Origin: an uncultured Pseudomonadota bacterium
GTDB taxonomy: Bacteria > Pseudomonadota > Alphaproteobacteria > Rs-D84
Direction: 5' to 3'
Assembly: GCA_902762295.1 (NCBI GenBank)
Contig: CACWNX010000001.1
Span: 150,702 to 214,701 of the forward strand
Length of the DNA: 64,000 nucleotides
Numbering within the stretch: the first letter of the stretch is position 1; every line of letters starts with the position of its first letter. This document shows positions 1 through 9,233 of the stretch, one piece after another. A program made the position numbers and the translations under genes. Below the pieces are notes generated by a model. It worked only from the letters and a program-made list of their open reading frames with translations, did no database searches and was not told where the DNA came from.

Positions 1-441
1 TCAAAAACCGGCATAGATTCACTGGCCATCGCAATCGGGACAAGTCACGGCGCATACAAACGCAAATCAACCACCGAAAAACTGCGGTTTGACATATTGG
101 CCGAAATTGCGGAAAAATTACCCGATTTTCCATTGGTATTGCACGGCGCATCAAACATTCCATCGGATTTAGTCCACGAAATAAACGCAAATGGTGGTAA
201 AATAACCGGCGCGCGCGGAATCCCCGCCGACCAATTACGTCGCACGGTTTCAATGAACATTTGCAAAATAAATGTAGACAGTGATTCCCGTCTGGCATTT
301 ACCGCCGGTGTGCGCAGCGCATTAAAATCAGATCCCGAAAACTTTAATCCACGCGAATACATTCGCGTAGGTATGGGCATGATGTACGAAAACACAATCA
401 CCGAAATAAATGAAATCATGAATTCCGCAAATAGGATATAG
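1..441 (+). CDS. fba: Class II fructose-1,6-bisphosphate aldolase, C-terminal part (5' end lies outside the window)
   Basis: Frame 1 is open from nt 1 (SKTGIDSLAIAIGTSHGAYK...LVLHGASNIP...CKINVDSD). These are class II aldolase motifs. Stop codon at 439-441. Confidence 0.85.
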   Translation, partial: SKTGIDSLAIAIGTSHGAYKRKSTTEKLRFDILAEIAEKLPDFPLVLHGASNIPSDLVHEINANGGKITGARGIPADQLRRTVSMNICKINVDSDSRLAFTAGVRSALKSDPENFNPREYIRVGMGMMYENTITEINEIMNSANRI

Positions 442-482
442 AGATTGGCGAATACCATATTAAATTTATCTTATTTGTAATA

Positions 483-509
483 AAAACGGTTGCAACTGCA
501 ACCGTTTTT
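483..509. terminator. Bidirectional rho-independent terminator between fba and efp
   Basis: AAAACGGTTGC-AACT-GCAACCGTTTT hairpin with an A-run on one side and a T-run on the other, between convergent genes. Confidence 0.6.
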
Positions 510-531
510 ACTAATCACCGACCACTAATGT

Positions 532-1101
532 CTATTTTGCGCGTTCCACATATTCCAGGGTTTCGGTATTTACAACAATCTTTTCACCCTGTTCAATAAA
601 TACTGGAACCTGGACACGCACACCGTTATCCAAAATTGCCGGTTTGCCACCACTGCCGGTTGCGGTCTGACCCTTTAACGCCGGTTCGGTTTCTTCAACC
701 GTTGCAATAACCGTCTTTGGCAAAGTCATTGAAACCGGTTGACCTTCTACAAAATTGGTTTTAACGGTCATTTCCGGTGCCAGGAATTTTACCTGTTCGC
801 CCAGTGAATCCAGCGGCATAGTAAACTGTTCATAATCGGACAGATTCATAAAATACGCATCCGTTCCATCCGAATACAGATACTGGCAATCCATATCTTC
901 AACCATCAGTTTTTCAACCTTATCTTCGGCGCGCCAACGGTCACCACCCTTGTTGCCTGAATCAATATCGCGCAGGTCCGCCTGTACAAATGCACCACCC
1001 TTGCCCGGTTTAACCTTGGTAATAGATGTCACGGTATAGCGCCGTCCATTGTGGGAAATAACCCAACCGACCCTCATATCATTTGCTGTCACAGATGCCA
1101 T
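532..1101 (-). CDS. efp: Elongation factor P
   Basis: 189 aa with the KPGKGGAFVQ loop. Length and overall pattern are typical of EF-P. Confidence 0.95.
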   Translation of the reverse strand: MASVTANDMRVGWVISHNGRRYTVTSITKVKPGKGGAFVQADLRDIDSGNKGGDRWRAEDKVEKLMVEDMDCQYLYSDGTDAYFMNLSDYEQFTMPLDSLGEQVKFLAPEMTVKTNFVEGQPVSMTLPKTVIATVEETEPALKGQTATGSGGKPAILDNGVRVQVPVFIEQGEKIVVNTETLEYVERAK

Positions 1102-1194
1102 TTTAAATCCTCTTGGTTTTTCTAAACAAACGCAAGATTAAAAGAAATATGCACAAAACGCAAGTTTTTTATTCTTTTTTTCGTATGCAATTTG

Positions 1195-1203
1195 TGATAT
1201 AAT
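1195..1203 (+). promoter_or_regulatory. Extended -10 element (TGaTATAAT) ending 7 nt before the ATG at 1211; possible leaderless transcript
   Basis: TG at 1195-1196 and TATAAT at 1198-1203. There is no Shine-Dalgarno sequence in 1204-1210. Confidence 0.3.
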
Positions 1204-1210
1204 TCTGAAT

Positions 1211-2251
1211 ATGAAATACAGATTTTTATTTTTATCTTCATTAGTTTGCATCTGCACGGTCGTGGCGCATGCATCGGATTTTACCGCCGATGACGAATCG
1301 GTTGAATATATAGGTATGGAATACGATGACGAATATTCACCGGATGAATATGTCACCACCACCGAAGAAATATCAACCGAAATTTCCGTTGAACCGGAAA
1401 CCCCGGTCACCAAAAAATCAAACGATATAACCCAGGATATTTACCTGGATTCATTGGATGATGTGACACTGATAAACCTTTATAACACGACAATGGACGA
1501 TGTTGCAAAGACTCGTGCCCGGATTGAAACATTACTGATGCCGAATCGACCATCGGATAATATCTGGGTCACCGACTGTCCGTATTCAGATGAAAATAAT
1601 TCGTGGGGTGCGGCGGCACAATCTTCGTATCAAATAGATATAGATATGGGGACAGATGGTTGTCCGTTTGAAACAATGGCAGAATGCAAGATATGGCGGC
1701 GAAAGCCAATTATTCGTGAAACGGTCGCACCGCGCAGTCCAAAAATCCGATTTGAAAAGATGGACGACATGATGGCTGAAATTGAATGCACTGGGGGACT
1801 GGATGCAAATTCGCCGGCGGCGGCACCACTGGTGAACCGTTATAAATCGCTTATGAAATCGGCGCGTGCGTGCTGTACCGAAGGTATCACATATTCGTTA
1901 CGCAATGCAGGCGCATCAGATGGATTGGTTTATAAATTCTTGGTTGATGATGCGAATTTCTATAATGTCGGTGACCGGTGTTTAATGATGACCGATTCGG
2001 AAATTGAATCGGAAACATATATGGATGCAACATCCGATATGATAACCGATGTTCGTAATGGTTGTCTGTGCCGTTCACGCAATTGGTTCAAATCGTTGCT
2101 GGCACCGTTTGTGGATGCATGGCGCAAAAGCCCCGAATTTGCAGAATCACCGTTTTATTGGACATATACCGACGGGGTTGGTCGCGAAGTGACGGTTTCC
2201 ATAAACGATGATGTTCAGCATGTTATCGATACACTGGCCACATGTCCATAA
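1211..2251 (+). CDS. Secreted Cys-rich protein of unknown function
   Basis: 346 aa. Signal peptide MKYRFLFLSSLVCICTVVAHA, an acidic N-terminal stretch, and many Cys in the C-terminal two thirds. No family recognised. Confidence 0.6.
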   Translation: MKYRFLFLSSLVCICTVVAHASDFTADDESVEYIGMEYDDEYSPDEYVTTTEEISTEISVEPETPVTKKSNDITQDIYLDSLDDVTLINLYNTTMDDVAKTRARIETLLMPNRPSDNIWVTDCPYSDENNSWGAAAQSSYQIDIDMGTDGCPFETMAECKIWRRKPIIRETVAPRSPKIRFEKMDDMMAEIECTGGLDANSPAAAPLVNRYKSLMKSARACCTEGITYSLRNAGASDGLVYKFLVDDANFYNVGDRCLMMTDSEIESETYMDATSDMITDVRNGCLCRSRNWFKSLLAPFVDAWRKSPEFAESPFYWTYTDGVGREVTVSINDDVQHVIDTLATCP

Positions 2252-2262
2252 ACAGATAAATT

Positions 2263-2286
2263 ATTCGGGCGCAAACGCGCCCGAAT
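2263..2286. terminator. Hairpin terminator between convergent genes (unknown ORF and dnaN)
   Basis: ATTCGGGCGC-AAAC-GCGCCCGAAT, a perfect 10-bp stem. Confidence 0.6.
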
Positions 2287-2308
2287 ACAAACCACTATCT
2301 ACTAACCA

Positions 2309-3427
2309 CTACATCCGCATTGGCATTAAAATGAACAATGCATCGGTATCTTTGTTCGTAGATTTGATAATCGTTGGCGATAATGGATCCTGCATTTCCA
2401 TTTGGAATTTTTCGCCTTCTACCTGGCCGGCAACATCCATCAAGAACTTCACATTAAATGTGACGGTGAATGATGCATCGCCATTATATTCAATGTCTAA
2501 TTCCTGGGTCGCGGTTCCGGCATCTGGGCTGGATGCATTTACAACCAATTTGTTCATTGAAAATGTCAACTGAACCGATTTAGTTTTATCTATACTTGCC
2601 ACTGAAACCAAATCAACCGCGTTCAAGAATTGTTTCCGGTCCATAATCGCAATTTTATCATTACCCTTTGGAATAACGACACGATAGTTTGGATACTGGG
2701 CATCAACCAATTTGCTGGTCAAAATGGCGGCACCAATTGTGAAACGCGCCTTGGTATCCGACAGTTCAACATTAACATCATCAACGGTTGCATCTTCTAG
2801 CAACTTTGACAATTCACCAATTACCCGACGCGGCAAAATAACCGATGGCATTTCCGACGAACCCGCCGGTGCCGCCATCGCACACAGTGCCATACGCTGG
2901 GCATCGGTGGCAACCGCCGTCAATTTATTCTTACCGTCATCATTTGAAATATGGAAATATATACCGCCCAAATGATAGCGCACATCATCGGTTGGAATTG
3001 CAAACTTTGTCTGGTTTATCAAATGCGCCAAATCACCGGTTGTCATTTGGAACTTTGTGGTCAGATTGCTGCCCGCCATTGCCGGAAAATTTTCCGCCGG
3101 CAAAGTTGGCAAATGAAATACCGCACGACCGCTGGACACGACCAGGGAATCGCCCGACTGTTTAAATGAAATTTCGGCATCATCTGGCAATTTACGCACG
3201 ATATCATACAGCATCTGGACCGGAACAGTTATTTTTCCACCCAATGTGACATCGGCGGCGACATGTTCAACCAATTCCAAATCCACATTTGTCGCAGACA
3301 ACACCAAATCATCCGAAACATCCAGTTTAACATTCATCAAAATCGGCAAAGTTGCACGTTTTTCAACAATAGACTGCATATGCCCCAACGCCCGAATTAA
3401 AACCTGGCGAAACACAGAAAATTCCAT
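2309..3427 (-). CDS. dnaN: DNA polymerase III beta sliding clamp
   Basis: 372 aa. N-terminus MEFSV..ALGHMQSIVEKRATLPILMNVKL. Three-domain length typical of DnaN. Confidence 0.95.
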   Translation of the reverse strand: MEFSVFRQVLIRALGHMQSIVEKRATLPILMNVKLDVSDDLVLSATNVDLELVEHVAADVTLGGKITVPVQMLYDIVRKLPDDAEISFKQSGDSLVVSSGRAVFHLPTLPAENFPAMAGSNLTTKFQMTTGDLAHLINQTKFAIPTDDVRYHLGGIYFHISNDDGKNKLTAVATDAQRMALCAMAAPAGSSEMPSVILPRRVIGELSKLLEDATVDDVNVELSDTKARFTIGAAILTSKLVDAQYPNYRVVIPKGNDKIAIMDRKQFLNAVDLVSVASIDKTKSVQLTFSMNKLVVNASSPDAGTATQELDIEYNGDASFTVTFNVKFLMDVAGQVEGEKFQMEMQDPLSPTIIKSTNKDTDALFILMPMRM

Positions 3428-3523
3428 TTTTACACTCCTGTTTATTTACTTCTGTTTCTACATTCCTGGGTGAATTTTACCAAAAAATGCCGATTCGGTG
3501 CAAGAGTAAAAGCAATCAAAAAA

Positions 3524-5638
3524 TTATTTATCTGAATCGCCGTCTGAAGTCGGATTTATTACCCGTTTCGCCAATTCACCGGCGGGCAGATTCATCCAAT
3601 CTGGGTCACCGCGTTTTTCGGGTGCGCCCTTACGCAGGGCGGTTTCACACGGATGACTGTCCGCCAACCAGTTTTCTAACAAATCACCCGCCAACAGCCC
3701 AACCCCTGCCCCGGCAACCAACCCCAGTCCACCGGTCAACGGTGCCAATAATAACCCAAGTCCGGTTGCCGATAATGCCTTGCCGGCAACGGCGGCACCG
3801 CTGATACTGATATCTGGTTCGGCCAGGTTTCCAGTTATCGTGATAGTATTAACAACATTTCCCGAAATAGAAAGTTTTAACCCGCGCACCGGTATTGTTG
3901 TCAATGACATCTTGATATTTTCCGCACCCAAATTCAAACTGCCGTCCAGCATAATGTTTATCGCATTCGTTTCAACCGCAACCCCATTCGTTGTTTCTGC
4001 CAAACCATTGCGCAGTTTTAAATTTGTCACTGCACACGCAATATGCATTTGGTCATACTTTTTGTTTGAACTGAACATATCATGAATACTGTGGCGCAGG
4101 CTGGTCAAGAAATCTGTTCCATACATATATTCAACCAAATCGGCATGCGCATATCCACCTGCGGACGAATGAACGCGCACGGGGCCGGTTATAGTTTTCA
4201 TAATCGTTGACATATCTGCACCAGATGCCCGAACATAGGTTTCAAAATCCAACGGCAATTCAGATATAAAATTTTGTATACGAATTTGATTCATTAACTC
4301 GCCAATGGTAATTGACTTTCCAATTCCGCCCATTTCCAGACTCATCACTCCATTTTCAGATATTGTTCCTGTAATTGCGGCGACAATATCACCGTTAACA
4401 AATCCTGTATTTGCATCTATACGCACATTCGCATCACTAACACGTGCATTAACTTTTAAATTATCCAATGATAAATTCCGATACATAATCAAACGACCAA
4501 TATCAACATTCAACGAAAGATTCTTGTCATAAAGATATTCACCAAATAACGGCATATTTTTGAATACATTATACTGATAGTTTTTTGGGTGGTGCGTTCC
4601 GCTGTACAATTCTGGGAACAACTCTAACAAGTTTATTTTTTTTGATGCAAAATTTAAACTGATATCTGTCTTTTTTTTACCCCAATCCAATGTCCCAGAT
4701 ATTGTCATCTCGCTGCCGCGGACGGCAACAGACGATTTATGTAATGTTAATCTATTATGTCCCAATCCACCCGCGATATTAACCTGTATTGCCGGCATTT
4801 TTGGAAAATCTATATTCAACAGTTCGCCAATTGGTTGAACATCTGGAATATCGCCTCTGATTATAAAATCTATTGGTATTTTACTGGTGCCTTCTAATGC
4901 GATATTTGCGACCAATGCATCACCATCAGACGAAAACGCGAACCGTACCGGATAAACCTTACGTTCGGGATTATATTTATCAAATGTCGCAATAAATGGA
5001 ATCACATTTTTATTTACTTGAATCCAACCACGATATTCACGTTTATCGGCAATATTTGAATAGCGTACACTGATACGCGCCAATGAATATTTTTGGTTAT
5101 CAACATTCACATTCAAACCATTTATTGTCACACTGCCAAAACCTGGATCCATGAATGGATACTCGGGTTGTTCGTTCTGTACGGCAGAATTCGCCGTATC
5201 GATGATTTTATCCGAACTTTTTTCTTCTCCAAGAACACTGTATTTTCCATTTGCGTTTTTATCCAAAAAAACATTCGCATCATTCAAATACACGCGTTGA
5301 ATTGTTGGACGACCGGTAAATAACGACAGCAAATCCAATCCAACATCAATAGACTTTGCACGAAACATATCTTTATTTTTGCTGGATTTAACTGGATTTG
5401 GAATGCTAACATCTCGCATTGTCACACGCGGTCGCAGTGACAATTTCCACGATACATCACCCGATATTTCAATTGGCATTCCGGTCGCGCCACGCAAAAC
5501 CCCTAATATATTTTCACGCAAGGTATCCTTGTTCATTTTTGAAATTGCCACGACCAACGCAATAACCATCACCACAAGAAACAAAAATACTATGCGTCCA
5601 ATTATTAAAAATTTATTTTTCTTTTTAACCTTTTTCAT
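3524..5638 (-). CDS. AsmA-family outer-membrane biogenesis protein
   Basis: 704 aa. Single N-terminal TM helix after a Lys-rich start, a long beta-rich periplasmic body, and a Gly/Ala-rich C-terminal segment. The pattern is AsmA-like. Confidence 0.65.
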   Translation of the reverse strand: MKKVKKKNKFLIIGRIVFLFLVVMVIALVVAISKMNKDTLRENILGVLRGATGMPIEISGDVSWKLSLRPRVTMRDVSIPNPVKSSKNKDMFRAKSIDVGLDLLSLFTGRPTIQRVYLNDANVFLDKNANGKYSVLGEEKSSDKIIDTANSAVQNEQPEYPFMDPGFGSVTINGLNVNVDNQKYSLARISVRYSNIADKREYRGWIQVNKNVIPFIATFDKYNPERKVYPVRFAFSSDGDALVANIALEGTSKIPIDFIIRGDIPDVQPIGELLNIDFPKMPAIQVNIAGGLGHNRLTLHKSSVAVRGSEMTISGTLDWGKKKTDISLNFASKKINLLELFPELYSGTHHPKNYQYNVFKNMPLFGEYLYDKNLSLNVDIGRLIMYRNLSLDNLKVNARVSDANVRIDANTGFVNGDIVAAITGTISENGVMSLEMGGIGKSITIGELMNQIRIQNFISELPLDFETYVRASGADMSTIMKTITGPVRVHSSAGGYAHADLVEYMYGTDFLTSLRHSIHDMFSSNKKYDQMHIACAVTNLKLRNGLAETTNGVAVETNAINIMLDGSLNLGAENIKMSLTTIPVRGLKLSISGNVVNTITITGNLAEPDISISGAAVAGKALSATGLGLLLAPLTGGLGLVAGAGVGLLAGDLLENWLADSHPCETALRKGAPEKRGDPDWMNLPAGELAKRVINPTSDGDSDK

Positions 5639-5647
5639 AATAAATCC

Positions 5648-6613
5648 CTATGGCAATGGTAATTCCAGCAGACTAATAACCGGCTTCATAAATTCTGGAA
5701 CCGGCGCACGAAATGTCATCATGCGACCTGTTGTTGGATGCCGAAATGTAATCTTATATGCAAATAAAAACAAATTATTTGTCGCCAAAACCGAATGCAA
5801 CCCATCATCCATTTGTACACCGCGACCATATAAGTCATCACCAACAATCGGTGCATTCAAACAAAATGCGCTGTGCATGCGCAGTTGATGCGTTCGCCCG
5901 GTCAGTGGCAAAAACAAAACCCATGTCAACATCCCCGACGCACGTGCCAACACACGATATTCCGTTATTGCATGATGTGGCCGCGCACCGGTTCCATTTT
6001 CGCGTTCTGGGCCATCAAAAACTTTGCCCTTTAACAAATAATTATCTATTGTTCCATGTGATTCTTTTACATCACCATTTAGCAATGCCAGATATTCTTT
6101 GCGTGCGGTTTTATTTTGAAATTCACGCGCCAGGAATTGTGCCGCATGTTGCGTTTTGGCAACAACCAATAACCCACTGGTTTCCATATCCAAACGATGC
6201 ACCAACGAAACCTTGGCATAGGGAAATAATGCCGCCGCCATTTTATCTATGGATTTACGAATACCACTGCCACCCTGGACGGCCAGCCCCGCCGGTTTAT
6301 TAAACACCACAATATCATCATCATTATGGATTATTGTTTGACGCAACTTTTCCAAATCAGACAATGAAAATAATTCACCCGATTCGGTCTTTACTGGTGC
6401 CGTTGCATATTTACCAATTGTTGGCGGAACACGCACAGCATCCCCTTCGTGCAAGATTTCCTGACCTTTGCACCGGCGCGAATTCACACGAATTTGTCCA
6501 CCACGGCAAAGGCGATAAAACTCACGCTGGGGCATTGATGGGAAATGCCGCAAAAACCATCGCAGCAATCTGGTTCCATCTTCTATGGGTGAAATTGTTA
6601 TTGAATCCGCCAT
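5648..6613 (-). CDS. RluA-family (RluC/RluD-like) rRNA pseudouridine synthase
   Basis: S4-like N-terminal region and the HRLDMETSG catalytic-Asp motif. I moved the start to the ATG at 6613 (MADSITISP) because the longer ORF (start 6670) overlaps the upstream pilin-like gene. Confidence 0.85.
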   Translation of the reverse strand: MADSITISPIEDGTRLLRWFLRHFPSMPQREFYRLCRGGQIRVNSRRCKGQEILHEGDAVRVPPTIGKYATAPVKTESGELFSLSDLEKLRQTIIHNDDDIVVFNKPAGLAVQGGSGIRKSIDKMAAALFPYAKVSLVHRLDMETSGLLVVAKTQHAAQFLAREFQNKTARKEYLALLNGDVKESHGTIDNYLLKGKVFDGPERENGTGARPHHAITEYRVLARASGMLTWVLFLPLTGRTHQLRMHSAFCLNAPIVGDDLYGRGVQMDDGLHSVLATNNLFLFAYKITFRHPTTGRMMTFRAPVPEFMKPVISLLELPLP

Positions 6614-6618
6614 ATGAA

Positions 6619-7083
6619 CTATTCGCCGTAAACAATTTTGACCGTATTTTTGCCCATTTCTGATTGGCAATTTCCGGTCGCACCGCCCTGTTTCCCATCA
6701 GACGACAGATATCCAACCGAATCGGACCATGCCTTGGTCAAGAAATATTCACAGTCACTTTTTGACAATCCGTTAATCGCGACAATGAATTGACGACTAT
6801 TAGATGGGTCAACCGATAATTCATATGTTCCGCCATATGTATTCTTGGACGACATACCAATTGCGCCAAAAATTGTCGTATTATTTATGTTGGAAAAATC
6901 GTCATATTCACCCAGCAATTGCCGAACCCCGGTAACAATTTGCAAAACTTCTTCGGTAACAGTATTGCGTTTTTGCGTACGCATTGCGGTTGAAATCATG
7001 CCGATTGCGCCAACCGTTATGACCCCCATAATGGCCAACACCCCAAGCATTTCAATCATTGAACGACCAGATTCATATTTCAT
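6619..7083 (-). CDS. Pilin-like protein with a divergent class III (prepilin-type) signal
   Basis: 154 aa. MKYESG/RSMIEMLGVLAIMGVITVGAIG: short basic leader, Gly, Glu at +5, hydrophobic helix. Two Cys in the C-terminal half. RBS AAAGGA. Confidence 0.6.
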   Translation of the reverse strand: MKYESGRSMIEMLGVLAIMGVITVGAIGMISTAMRTQKRNTVTEEVLQIVTGVRQLLGEYDDFSNINNTTIFGAIGMSSKNTYGGTYELSVDPSNSRQFIVAINGLSKSDCEYFLTKAWSDSVGYLSSDGKQGGATGNCQSEMGKNTVKIVYGE

Positions 7084-7133
7084 TTTTTGTCCTTTATTTG
7101 CTATTTAACTTCTTTTATTTTATCATAACCATT

Positions 7134-8549
7134 ATGAATATTCAATTCCGCGATTTAATAGAAAATGCACCCGGTTCTCCGGGGGTATATCGCATGTATG
7201 ATAAAAACGGTGTCCTGCTATATGTTGGCAAGGCGAAAAACCTAGCGAATCGGCTGCAACAATATACTGACATTTCAAAACTGGAATTACATAAGCAGGT
7301 AATGCGTTCATTGGTTACGCGTGTTGAATGGGAAACGGTTCCAACCGAATCGGATGCATTATTATTGGAACAAAAACTTATTAAAACCGAAAGGCCGAAA
7401 TATAACATTATGCTGACAGACGGAAAAATGTATCCAATGCTGGCATTAACCAACCACAAATATCCACGCTTATTAAAATTTCGCGGCAAAATATCGCAAC
7501 GACGCGATGTATACGGCCCATATCCATCGGTATACGCATTAAACGAAACCATCAAAATGATTCAGAAAGTATGCAAATTGCGCACATGCACAGATACATT
7601 TATGCGCAATCGTGTGCGACCATGTTTACTCTATCAAATTGGCCGATGCAGCGGACCGTGTACTATGCCAGTACCTAATTACGATGAAAATGTCAAACTT
7701 GCGCGACGAATTTTAACCGGCGACAGCGAACCAATCATAAACGAATTATCCGAACAAATGAAAAAGTTTTCATCAAATATGGATTTTGAAAATGCAGCAA
7801 TTATTCGCGATAAAATTTCTGAATTGACAAAAACATCTGTCCGCGGTATACGCCAGAATACACCGTATAGCGAAGATTCATCAAATTGGAATAATACTGT
7901 TGATGAAATGGAAAAATGGATTGGGAAAAAAATAAATTATGCAGGTGTGTTTGATAATTCACATTTATTCGGAACAAACCCGGTTGGTGCAATGATAACA
8001 TTCGGACACGATGGATTTATTAAAACCGGATATCGGCATTTTAAATTGCGCGACCGTGCGCGCGCCGGAAACGATATTGCAATGATGGCTGAATTTATTG
8101 CGCGCGTCGTTGAAAACAGTCCCGAACTTGATTTAATAATTGTTGATGGTGGCCGCGCACAATGGAACATCGCACACGAAACCGCGCCAAACATACCGAT
8201 TGTTGGTGTCACCAAGGGCGAAGTTCGTAATGGTGACGAACACTTTATTATGCCCGATGGCACCGAATATCGCACAATGCCACGCGATTCAAAGTTATTT
8301 TTATTACTGCGTCGTGTCCGTGACGAAGCGCACCGATTCGTAATTACATACCACCGCACAACCCGGGCCAAGGCAATGACCGGGTCATGTCTTGATGAAA
8401 TTGATGGTATCGGTCCGACACGTAAAAAATTATTATTGAACCATTTTGGTTCAGTGCGTGCAATTATGGATGCCGACATAAATGCCCTTATTCGTGTACC
8501 AGGTCTTGGAAAATCGGCGGCAAAAAAAATATATGACCATTTTCACTGA
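7134..8549 (+). CDS. uvrC: Excinuclease ABC subunit C (short form)
   Basis: GIY-YIG motif (GVYRMYDKNGVLLYVGKAKNLANRL), Cys-rich segment, UVR-like helix (AAIIRDKISEL), C-terminal endonuclease domain plus HhH (IDGIGPTRKKLLLNHFGS). Start set at the ATG at 7134 (MNIQFRDL). Confidence 0.9.
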   Translation: MNIQFRDLIENAPGSPGVYRMYDKNGVLLYVGKAKNLANRLQQYTDISKLELHKQVMRSLVTRVEWETVPTESDALLLEQKLIKTERPKYNIMLTDGKMYPMLALTNHKYPRLLKFRGKISQRRDVYGPYPSVYALNETIKMIQKVCKLRTCTDTFMRNRVRPCLLYQIGRCSGPCTMPVPNYDENVKLARRILTGDSEPIINELSEQMKKFSSNMDFENAAIIRDKISELTKTSVRGIRQNTPYSEDSSNWNNTVDEMEKWIGKKINYAGVFDNSHLFGTNPVGAMITFGHDGFIKTGYRHFKLRDRARAGNDIAMMAEFIARVVENSPELDLIIVDGGRAQWNIAHETAPNIPIVGVTKGEVRNGDEHFIMPDGTEYRTMPRDSKLFLLLRRVRDEAHRFVITYHRTTRAKAMTGSCLDEIDGIGPTRKKLLLNHFGSVRAIMDADINALIRVPGLGKSAAKKIYDHFH

Positions 8550-8587
8550 TATTGTGATATACTGACAAAAACCAAAGGAGAATAAAC

Positions 8588-9193
8588 ATGAAATTTTTCG
8601 TAAACTTTCTATCGGCATTTCGTATTGCGGCATCTTTTGCAATTATCGGCACACTGATGTCTGGGATGTATATGACGACACTTATATTGTTTTTGTTGGC
8701 GGCATTAAGTGATTTTTTTGATGGATTTCTTGCGCGTAAATATGATGTATGCACCAAAATTGGTGGTGTGATGGATCATATCGGGGACAAGTTATTGGTT
8801 GTAAACACATTTATTTTATTATGCATAATGATGCCAGTTTGGTTTGTTGTTATTCCGGTAATCATTATGATTGCACGCGAATTGTACATCAGTGGTCTGC
8901 GCGAATTCTTGGGCACACAAAAGATTGAAATGCCGGTTCCACATGCTCGATTTTCAATAGGTAAAATTAAAACAGCAATGCAGATGATTACAATATTGGC
9001 ATTTCTTGGGTTGTTTGCATTGGGTGCATCGGTTGGCGCGGCATCAAATGGCAAATTTATGATATATGCAATTTACGCGTTACCAAATATTGGTATATTT
9101 GGTTTGTGGTTTGCACTGGTGGCAAGCCTGTGGTCGGCAACCCAATATACATTTGATTTTGTAAAAAAACTTGGCAAAATTAAAAAGAAGTAA
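8588..9193 (+). CDS. pgsA: CDP-alcohol phosphatidyltransferase (phosphatidylglycerophosphate synthase-like)
   Basis: 201 aa, polytopic. Carries the DG-x2-AR-x8-G-x3-D-x3-D motif as DFFDGFLARKYDVCTKIGGVMDHIGDK. Confidence 0.8.
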   Translation: MKFFVNFLSAFRIAASFAIIGTLMSGMYMTTLILFLLAALSDFFDGFLARKYDVCTKIGGVMDHIGDKLLVVNTFILLCIMMPVWFVVIPVIIMIARELYISGLREFLGTQKIEMPVPHARFSIGKIKTAMQMITILAFLGLFALGASVGAASNGKFMIYAIYALPNIGIFGLWFALVASLWSATQYTFDFVKKLGKIKKK

Positions 9194-9199
9194 AAAAAC

Positions 9200-9228
9200 A
9201 TCTATGCGCCGGAAACCGGCGCATAGAT
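9200..9228. terminator. Bidirectional terminator between pgsA and dnaJ
   Basis: ATCTATGCGCCGG-AAA-CCGGCGCATAGAT, a 13-bp stem flanked by an A-run and a T-run. Confidence 0.7.
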
Positions 9229-9233
9229 AATTT

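Noticed and set aside
5758-6303. A 181-aa plus-strand ORF
   Set aside because: It is antisense to the pseudouridine synthase gene, and its His/Pro-rich product has no motifs.
6614-6670. The longer start for the pseudouridine synthase, and the 7059 start for uvrC
   Set aside because: The extensions overlap the pilin-like gene or its promoter region and add non-conserved, hydrophobic or basic junk residues. The internal ATGs give canonical N-termini.
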